Translations under genes and position numbers: made by a program
The notes under the pieces: model-generated
Told to the model about the DNA's origin: nothing
What the model saw: the letters and a program-made list of their open reading frames with translations, nothing else
Database searches by the model: none
Shown here: piece after piece, positions 1 to 7,323 of the stretch
Layout of the letters: every line of letters starts with the position of its first letter
Numbering within the stretch: the stretch's first letter is position 1
Assembly: GCF_900128735.1 (NCBI RefSeq)
Contig: NZ_LT667503.1
Location: forward strand, 270,001-302,000
Reading direction: 5' to 3'
From: Candidatus Saccharimonadota bacterium
GTDB lineage: Bacteria; Pseudomonadota; Gammaproteobacteria; Enterobacterales; Enterobacteriaceae
Length of the DNA: 32,000 nt

Positions 1-110
1 CTATGATTTTTATGCACCCCCAATATCAAAAAAAAATTTGTATATATGCACCTTTAAATAAAACTTTTAAAAATTATATAGATTTTTTTGCTCAAAATAT
101 ATCTACATAA
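1..110 (+). CDS. 3' end of an upstream ORF running off the window edge, possibly yceD (DUF177), which precedes rpmF in E. coli
   Basis: Frame 3 is open from the window start to TAA at 108-110 (...MHPQYQKKICIYAPLNKTFKNYIDFFAQNIST*). It lies 93 nt upstream of rpmF on the same strand, as yceD does in E. coli. Similarity to the YceD C-terminus (KPNPFAVLASLKRK) is weak. Confidence 0.3.
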   Translation, partial: MIFMHPQYQKKICIYAPLNKTFKNYIDFFAQNIST

Positions 111-203
111 AATATTTTATTATGAAAATTTTGAATAAAGAAAAAATGAATAAAAAAAAATTCAATAATTCATTTATATTGTTAAAGTAAATAGGAAAAA
201 ATT

Positions 204-392
204 ATGGCTGTTCAAAAAAGTAAACCAAGTAGATCTAAAAGAGGAATGAGACGATCTCATGATCATATATCATTAAAAAAATTATCTCAAGATAAAATAT
301 CAGAAGAATTCCATATTCGTCATCATATTACTAAAACAGGTTTTTATAGAGGAAAAAAACAAAAAAACTTTATAAAAAATAAGATTACCTAA
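204..392 (+). CDS. rpmF: 50S ribosomal protein L32
   Basis: [20 protein letters not shown]...HIRHHIT..G.YRG aligns along its length with E. coli L32 ([20 protein letters not shown]...HLRHHIT). AGGA lies 7 nt upstream of the ATG. Confidence 0.95.
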   Translation: MAVQKSKPSRSKRGMRRSHDHISLKKLSQDKISEEFHIRHHITKTGFYRGKKQKNFIKNKIT

Positions 393-534
393 TAAAGTTA
401 CTTCCAATTATTAATATAATTTTTTTCTAATTAAAAAATAATTTATATTAATTAATCAGTATATTAATACTATATATAAAATTTTCTTTTTATCATTTAT
501 ATTAGTCTGAAAATCTTTTTAAATTTTATAAAAT

Positions 535-1491
535 ATGAAAAAATTTGCCATTATTTTTTCGGGACAAGGATTATATAATCCCAATATATTATTTTTATTA
601 CTAAAAAAATATCCTATAATTAAAAGAACATTTCAAGAAGCGTCTGATTTTTTAAAATATGATATACTAAAAAAAATTCTTCAAGAGTATTATCCTAATA
701 AAAAAAATCAGCTAGAATTTCAATATTTTATTTTAATATCTTCAGTAGCAATGTTTCGCATGTGGTTACAACAGTCATCTGATCTTTTTCCTAATATTAT
801 GGCAGGTCATAGTATTGGTCAATATTCAGCATTAATATGTAATCATTCTATAAAATTTATAGATGGCTTAAAAATACTTAAAATACGTGATAAGATTATA
901 AAATCTAAAAAAAAAAATAAAAAATATTTAACTTATGTCATAATTGGATTAAAATTACCAATAATAAAAAAAATTTGTCTATATGTGTCCGGATATAAAA
1001 AAAAAGTATTTGTTTCATGTATTAATACAGATATACAAACAGTTATAACCGGGCACAGTCTCGCGGTAATAAAAGCTAATAAAATATGTAAAAAACATGG
1101 CGCAAAACATATTATAAAATTACCTATTTATTTTAGTATGCACTGTCTGTTAATGAAAAAAATTTCAAAAATTTTTTCTTATCATTTAAATAAAATAAAA
1201 ATTTTATCAGGTCAATGCTCTATTATTGAAAATGTTAAAGCTTCTTTTTTGTTATCAAAAGAAGAAATATATCAAGCAATAATTAAACAATTTTATAAAC
1301 CAGTCAAGTGGACTAAAATTATTAAAAAAATTATTTCTAGTCAAATTAAATATTGTATAAATATTAATTTAAATAATACATTTAGAAATTCATATCTTTC
1401 GACTAAGAAATTAATCAATTTATCTATAAATTCAAAGGATTATCTTTTATCGACCATTGATATTATCAAGAATAATGAAAAAAAAAAATAA
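535..1491 (+). CDS. fabD: malonyl-CoA:ACP transacylase
   Basis: N-terminal FAIIFSGQG matches FAFVFPGQGSQ. The active-site GHSIGQYSAL matches GHSLGEYSAL, and SMHCLLM matches SHCALM. YKPVKWTK matches YNPVQWTK. Position is upstream of fabG-acpP as in E. coli. Confidence 0.9.
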   Translation: MKKFAIIFSGQGLYNPNILFLLLKKYPIIKRTFQEASDFLKYDILKKILQEYYPNKKNQLEFQYFILISSVAMFRMWLQQSSDLFPNIMAGHSIGQYSALICNHSIKFIDGLKILKIRDKIIKSKKKNKKYLTYVIIGLKLPIIKKICLYVSGYKKKVFVSCINTDIQTVITGHSLAVIKANKICKKHGAKHIIKLPIYFSMHCLLMKKISKIFSYHLNKIKILSGQCSIIENVKASFLLSKEEIYQAIIKQFYKPVKWTKIIKKIISSQIKYCININLNNTFRNSYLSTKKLINLSINSKDYLLSTIDIIKNNEKKK

Positions 1492-2209
1492 AATTGCTTT
1501 AGTGACAGGAGCTAGTCGAGGAATAGGAAAAAATATAGCTTTACAATTAATAAAATTAGGCATCTATGTAATTGGAACCGCAAAAACTAATAAAGGAATC
1601 CAAATAATAAAAAGAATGTTGGATAAACAAGGTAGAGCGATTCAAGTAAATTTTTTAAATTATAATAATGCTCAAGTAACTATCCAAAATACTATGAAAG
1701 AAATAGGAAAAATAGATATTTTAATTCATAATTCAGGAATTATCAATGATAATTTATTAATGAATATGACTATAAAAGAATGGAATAATGTAATAACAGT
1801 TAACTTATGTTCAATATTTTGCCTTTCTAAAGTGATTTTACCATATATGCTGAAAAAAAAATTTGGACGTATTATTGTTATTAATTCAGTAATCGGATAT
1901 ATCGGACAAATTGGACAAACTAATTATGCTGCTTCTAAATTAGGACTAGTAGGATTTATAAAATCTCTAGCGCTAGAAGTAGCTTCTAGAAATATTACAG
2001 TGAATTTAATAGCTCCAGGATATATTTTAACAGATATGACAAAAAAAATTTTATTCTCTAAAAAAAGAGAAATCATACGGAAGATACCAACTAAAAAGTT
2101 TGGAAAACCAGCTGATATTACTCATGTAGTCAAATTTTTATTATCTAAAAAATCATCATATATAACCGGACAAACAATACATGTTAATGGTGGTATATAT
2201 ATGCCATAA
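1475..2209 (+). CDS. fabG: 3-oxoacyl-ACP reductase
   Basis: KIALVTGASRGIGKNIA matches E. coli FabG KIALVTGASRGIGRAIA. The SDR catalytic YAASK and the C-terminal ITGQTIHVNGGIYM are present. I chose the ATG at 1475 (MKKKNKIALV) over the TTG at 1457 in the ORF track, based on alignment with E. coli MNFEGKIALV. It overlaps the fabD 3' end by 17 nt. Confidence 0.93.
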   Translation: MKKKNKIALVTGASRGIGKNIALQLIKLGIYVIGTAKTNKGIQIIKRMLDKQGRAIQVNFLNYNNAQVTIQNTMKEIGKIDILIHNSGIINDNLLMNMTIKEWNNVITVNLCSIFCLSKVILPYMLKKKFGRIIVINSVIGYIGQIGQTNYAASKLGLVGFIKSLALEVASRNITVNLIAPGYILTDMTKKILFSKKREIIRKIPTKKFGKPADITHVVKFLLSKKSSYITGQTIHVNGGIYMP

Positions 2210-2286
2210 TTTACCTAATAGAATTCATTAAAAAATAAATTATATATTTTAAAAAATAAACCTTGTGAAAAAATTGAGATATAAAT

Positions 2287-2529
2287 ATGAATAATATTAC
2301 GAATAGAATTTTTAAAATTCTCGCAAAACAATTTCAAAAGAAAGAAAATAAAATTTCTTTAAAAAGTAATTTTTCAAATGATTTTCAAGCCGACTCTTTA
2401 GATTTTGTAGAATTAATTATGTTAGTAGAAGATGAATTTAAAATTGATATTATTGATATAAATATCAATCATATAAAGACTGTTGAAAACTTTATAGATT
2501 TCATTACAAAAATAATAAAAAAAAAATAA
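2287..2529 (+). CDS. acpP: acyl carrier protein
   Basis: About 80 aa, with the phosphopantetheine attachment motif ADSLDFVELIM..EDEF (E. coli GADSLDTVELVMALEEEF). Position is downstream of fabG. Confidence 0.93.
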   Translation: MNNITNRIFKILAKQFQKKENKISLKSNFSNDFQADSLDFVELIMLVEDEFKIDIIDININHIKTVENFIDFITKIIKKK

Positions 2530-2674
2530 TATTGATCAATGTTTTAATATCATATATTATAATATATATATTAAAAAAGAAAAATTTATAATAAAAATAA
2601 CATAGAAAGAAATAATATTTTAATTCTTTTTTTTCTATAAAAAACACATATACATTAAATTATATAAAAATATA

Positions 2675-3666
2675 ATGAAAAATTATCCTTGGCTAAAAAA
2701 ACAATATAAAAATATTGTAATGAAATATATAAATAAAAAATTACATCCTATTATTTTAATTCATGCATATCCAGGGATGGGTGTCTCTCAATTAATTTAT
2801 AAAGTCAGTCAATGGTTATTATGTTTAAAAAAAAATAAACTCCACTCTTGTAACCAATGTACTTCTTGTATTTTTATTAAAAAAAGAAATCATCCAGACT
2901 TATACCAAAAAAATATTTATAAAATAAAAAAAAAAATTAGTATTGATGATATACGTCAAATTATCATCAACATTCAGAAAACTTCACAACAAGGAGGCGT
3001 AAAAATAGTATATATTAAAAAGATCCAAAACATTACTATAGAAGCAAACAATGCATTATTAAAAACACTAGAAGAACCTCCTAAAAACACGCTTTTTTTT
3101 TATCTACCAATAATTTGGAAAAAATTCATAATACATTAAAAAGCCGAGCTACAATATATTATATTCGTTCTCTAAATAAAAATAATTCTATTTTATGGTT
3201 ACAAGAAAAAAATAAAAATAAATCAAATCAAGAAATTAAGACTGCTTTTTGTATTAATAAATATTCGCTAATAAAATCTCATCTATTTTTAAATGGATCT
3301 CAAATATTACAAAGAAAAAAGCTCATGAATATTATTAAAAACTATGTTCTTGATCAAGATATTAATGTATTATTTTCACTTTTGTACTATAATAATACAT
3401 CTCTTCTAATTACATGGATATGTCATTTGCTGATAGATGTAATAAAATTTAATATATTTAAAAAAAAAGATGTTTTATGTAATCCTGATCAATATGATTT
3501 AATTAAAAAATTATCTAAAAAAATAGAATTAGAGAATCTTTATGAAAATTTAATGTCCTGGATTAAATGTCAATATATATTAAAAAAAATTCCTTATATT
3601 GATAAAAAATTAATGTTAACTGAACAAACATTATGTTGGAATTATTTACTCAACAATAAAAAATAA
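2675..3666 (+). pseudogene. holB: DNA polymerase III delta-prime subunit, interrupted by a -1 frameshift in a T9 tract (3093-3101). It is read as two ORFs (2675-3139 and 3115-3666) and may still be expressed via slippage.
   Basis: ORF1 has YPWL, PGMG, a C..C..C zinc module and ANNALLKTLEEPP (E. coli AANALLKTLEEPP). ORF2 continues with NTLKSRATIYYI (E. coli ATLRSRCRLHYL). The ORF2 frame is open back to 3085 and reads FFLSTNNLEKIHNTLKSR, colinear with E. coli WFFLATREPERLLATLRSR. The combined length of about 330 codons compares with 334 in E. coli. Confidence 0.85.
3093..3101 (+). other. T9 homopolymer, the frameshift point of holB. It is both a candidate transcriptional-slippage site and a -1 PRF site (U_UUU_UUU heptamer at 3094-3100).
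   Basis: Counted directly: gc + 9 t + a. T10 would give ctt ttt ttt tta = LFFL and join the two holB frames. Confidence 0.8.
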
Positions 3667-3684
3667 ATTATCTATGGAAAAAAA

Positions 3685-4467
3685 ATGTTTTTAATTGATA
3701 CTCATTGCCATATTCATAATCTAAATTATAAAACTCTTCATAAAAATATTGAATCTGTCTTAGAAGAATCAGAAAAAAAAAATATAAAAAGATTTTTAGC
3801 GGTTTCTACTTCTATTCAAGATTTTAAAAATCTTAAAAAATTTATTAAAAATCAAAGTAATATTTTTTTATCTTGCGGATTACATCCAAATTATCAACAC
3901 AAAAAATCAGATATTATAAATGTAGAAAAATTTTCTCAAAAAAATAATGTTATTGCTATTGGTGAAACAGGGTTAGATTTTTATCGATCTTCAAAAAAAA
4001 AAAAACAAATTGAATTATTTAAAAAACATATATATATATCAAAAAAATTAAAAAAACCTATTATTGTACATAGCCGTTATTCCAAAAAAGAAACAATTGA
4101 TGCACTTTATTCAGATTGTAAACAAGAAATATCTGGAATATTACATTCTTTTAATGAAGATATAGAAATGGCTAGAAAACTACTAGATCTAGGTTTTTAT
4201 ATATCTTTTTCTGGTATTATAACCTTTAAGAACGCAGATTATTTAAGGAAAATATTAAATTTTATTCCTATAAATCGTCTTTTAATAGAAACTGATTCAC
4301 CCTATTTATCCCCGGAGCCAGTAAGAAATAAAGAAAATCAACCATCTTTTTTAATTTATATAGCAAAATATATTGCTAAGTATATTAAAATGGACTTTTT
4401 GAGTTTTACTTCGGTTCTTCAAAAAAATTTTTTTACATTATTTAAGCTAAAAAATAAAATTAATTAA
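3685..4467 (+). CDS. ycfH: TatD-family metal-dependent deoxyribonuclease/hydrolase YcfH
   Basis: [26 protein letters not shown] matches E. coli YcfH [35 protein letters not shown], HSR and ETDSPYL motifs are present. It follows holB as in E. coli. Confidence 0.9.
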   Translation: [260 protein letters not shown]

Positions 4468-4503
4468 AATGATTTTCAAAAAAAAAGGAAAAAATTTAAA
4501 ATT

Positions 4504-4857
4504 ATGAATCAAGATAATATTTTTCAAAAGATAATTAATAAAAAAATAAAATCAGAATTAATTTATCAAGATCAATATGTTACAGCATTTAAAGATTTAT
4601 TTCCAAAAGCACCTATACATATTTTAGTCGTTCCAAATATTCTAATCACATCTTTAGATGAAATTAATCAAAAAAATAAAAAAATACTTATGTACATGTA
4701 TTATGCAGCTATTAAAATTACAAGAATGGTAAAAATTAATATAAGTGGATATAGATTAATTATGAATTGCAATCCTGATTCAGGTCAAGAAATTCAACAT
4801 ATACACCTTCATATACTCGGTGGTCAATATCTAGGCCCGATACTATCAAAAATATAG
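4504..4857 (+). CDS. hinT: HIT-family purine nucleoside phosphoramidase
   Basis: IFQKIINKKI..LIYQD..VTAFKD..PKAPIHILVVPN and GYRLIMNCN...GQEIQHIHLHILGG carry the histidine-triad motif and are colinear with E. coli HinT (YcfF). Confidence 0.9.
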   Translation: MNQDNIFQKIINKKIKSELIYQDQYVTAFKDLFPKAPIHILVVPNILITSLDEINQKNKKILMYMYYAAIKITRMVKINISGYRLIMNCNPDSGQEIQHIHLHILGGQYLGPILSKI

Positions 4858-5538
4858 TATCAAAATAAAAAATCCGGAATATTCATTTTTTCTATAATAT
4901 AAATTATATTAAATAAAAGGATTGTTAATATTTTTGTATAATAATAAAATTTATAATTTTTTATAAAAATTAACCATTATTATATTAATAAAATTAAAAT
5001 GTTTATTTTACTAATTGTAAAAATTTTACTTAAAAATACATAAAGGAAAATATTTGAAGATTCTGGTTTAATATTAAATTTTATTGATCTAAAGAAATTT
5101 AATTTTTTATCAGTTTCATCTTTATTTTATTGAGATTATTTTTTGAAAATAATTTCTCTAAAAAAAATTTTTATTTAAATAATACCTTTATATAATATAT
5201 CGTAGTATACGTACGTATGATAAAAAAATCGATTACATTACAAAATCTATCTCACATAATTATAATTTTTTATTATTTTAGGAAAAAAATATAACAATAT
5301 TTATAATTAAATCATTTTATAATCAATGGTATTAATTTTTATTTAACGAAATTGTAAAAAAAACAGTCTATTATCATAAATTTATTTATATATGTACAGA
5401 TACTACTATCTCGAAAATTTTATGATTAATTTATTATATTTAACATAATAATCATAGTTATAAAAAAATTATCTCTCTTACTATTTTGAAAAATGGTAAA
5501 AAAATATTTTTTTAATATATTTTATATATCTAATACGA

Positions 5539-6939
5539 TTAAAAGTCAGCATTTTTTGCAGTTCTGGGAAAAGGTATTGCTTCACGAATATTTTTAATTC
5601 CTGTAATATACATAACTAATCGTTCAAAACCTAAACCAAAACCAGCATGTGGAACCGTTCCATATTTTCTTAATTCTTGATACCAAATATAATCATTTTT
5701 ATTTAATCCCATTTCATTTATACGTTTTTTTAATAATGGCAAACGCTCTTCACGTTCGGACCCGCCAATAATTTCACCGACTAACGGGATCAATACATCA
5801 ATTGCCGATACTGTTCTATTATCTGAATTAATACGCATATAAAATGCTTTCAAAGATTTTGGATAATTACGTATTATAATAGGCCTTTTAAAATATTTTT
5901 CAACCAAATATTTTTCTTGAAGAATTGATAAATCATTACCCCACAATATTTCTTCTTTTATTTTATAAGAATTTTTTAATAAAATTTTAATCGCGTCACT
6001 ATAATTAATATTAATAAAAGGAATATTAATAAAATTATTTAAACGTGATAAAATATTTGAATCAAGATTGTTTTGTAAAAACAAAAGATCAACTAGACTA
6101 TTTTTTAAGACGGTAGATATAATATACTTTAATAGTTTTTCGGAGAATTTAGAAATGTCATCTATATTAGCAAAAGCAGTTTCAACTTCTAACATCCAAA
6201 ATTCTGCTAAATGTCTTTTTGTATTTGAATTTTCTGCACGAAAAGTAGGTCCAAAAGAGTAAACTTTGGATAAAGCACAAGCATATGCTTCTAAAGTTAA
6301 TTGCCCGGAAACCGTTAAAAATACTTTTTTATTAAAAAATTCTTTTTTTATATCATTACTAAATAATTTTTTATCTTGAATATTTTGCGCTTCTAACATC
6401 GAAACCTTAAACATTGATCCCGCGCCTTCGGTATTAATGCTTGTAATAATCGGGGTAGAAATCCAAAAATACTGTTTTTTATATAAAAAATTATGTGCTG
6501 CATGAAAAGCAACATTTCTAATTCTTGTAATAGCTCCAAATAAATTAGTTCTAGAACGCAAATGACAAAAGTTTCTCATATATTCCATAGTATGTTTCTT
6601 TGCAGACATAGGATATAATGCAGGATTTTCTATCCATCCTAATGCTATAATCTTTTTAGCAAAAATTTCATATTTTTGTAATTTTCCACGAGAGTATTGT
6701 AAAACTCCTTGCACTTTTACTGAACATCCAATAGTTAATTTCAAAATTTCAGTATAGTAATTATCTAACGAATTTTTTACAATGATTTGAATAATATTAT
6801 GACAAGAACCGTCATAAACACTTAAAAAGGAAATTCCTTTTTTAGAATCTCTTCTACTACGTACCCATCCATTAATAGTAATATTTTTATTGATATATGA
6901 ATCAGTTAAAAAAATATCATATATAGATAAAACAGACAT
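5539..6939 (-). CDS. asnS: asparagine--tRNA ligase
   Basis: 466 aa, the same length as E. coli AsnRS. Class II motifs are present: FGPTFRAENSNT.RHLAEFWM.E, GGSEREER and HAGFGLGFERL. Confidence 0.97.
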   Translation of the reverse strand: MSVLSIYDIFLTDSYINKNITINGWVRSRRDSKKGISFLSVYDGSCHNIIQIIVKNSLDNYYTEILKLTIGCSVKVQGVLQYSRGKLQKYEIFAKKIIALGWIENPALYPMSAKKHTMEYMRNFCHLRSRTNLFGAITRIRNVAFHAAHNFLYKKQYFWISTPIITSINTEGAGSMFKVSMLEAQNIQDKKLFSNDIKKEFFNKKVFLTVSGQLTLEAYACALSKVYSFGPTFRAENSNTKRHLAEFWMLEVETAFANIDDISKFSEKLLKYIISTVLKNSLVDLLFLQNNLDSNILSRLNNFINIPFININYSDAIKILLKNSYKIKEEILWGNDLSILQEKYLVEKYFKRPIIIRNYPKSLKAFYMRINSDNRTVSAIDVLIPLVGEIIGGSEREERLPLLKKRINEMGLNKNDYIWYQELRKYGTVPHAGFGLGFERLVMYITGIKNIREAIPFPRTAKNADF

Positions 6940-7323
6940 GATTTTTCTCCTATAAAATTTTTATATATACTGGTCAAAATAGAGATTTTCATATTTTTTT
7001 TAGAAGTATTTTTATTAAAACATTAAAAATAAAATTTTATAATAAGGCTTTTAAACTATAATATAGTGATATTAGATATAGTCAATTTAAAAAATAATAT
7101 TATTGTTGAAAAAATAATATTTAAAAAATAAAATTAAATAATATAAAAATAAAAAAAATAAATTCTTGATAAAAATAAAAAAAATATTTTTTTTTATACT
7201 TAAAGTATTATATTATACTAAATATATGTCATAAAATTATTTATTAAAATAAGGATTACATAAATTAATAAATTTTTTAAAAAAAAAATAATAAAAATCA
7301 TTATAAAAATATAGGATGCTAAA

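Noticed and set aside
5059-5066. gattctgg 8-mer resembling the 5' end of tmRNA (GGGGCUGAUUCUGGAUUCGAC) in the large spacer
   Set aside because: Only 8 nt match. There is no 5' GGGG, no tRNA-like 3' domain (GGTTCGA...CCA) and no tag reading frame nearby. A chance match is likely.
6068-6262. 64-aa plus-strand ORF inside asnS
   Set aside because: It is nested antisense to a conserved class II tRNA synthetase core, short, and has no motif or translation signals.
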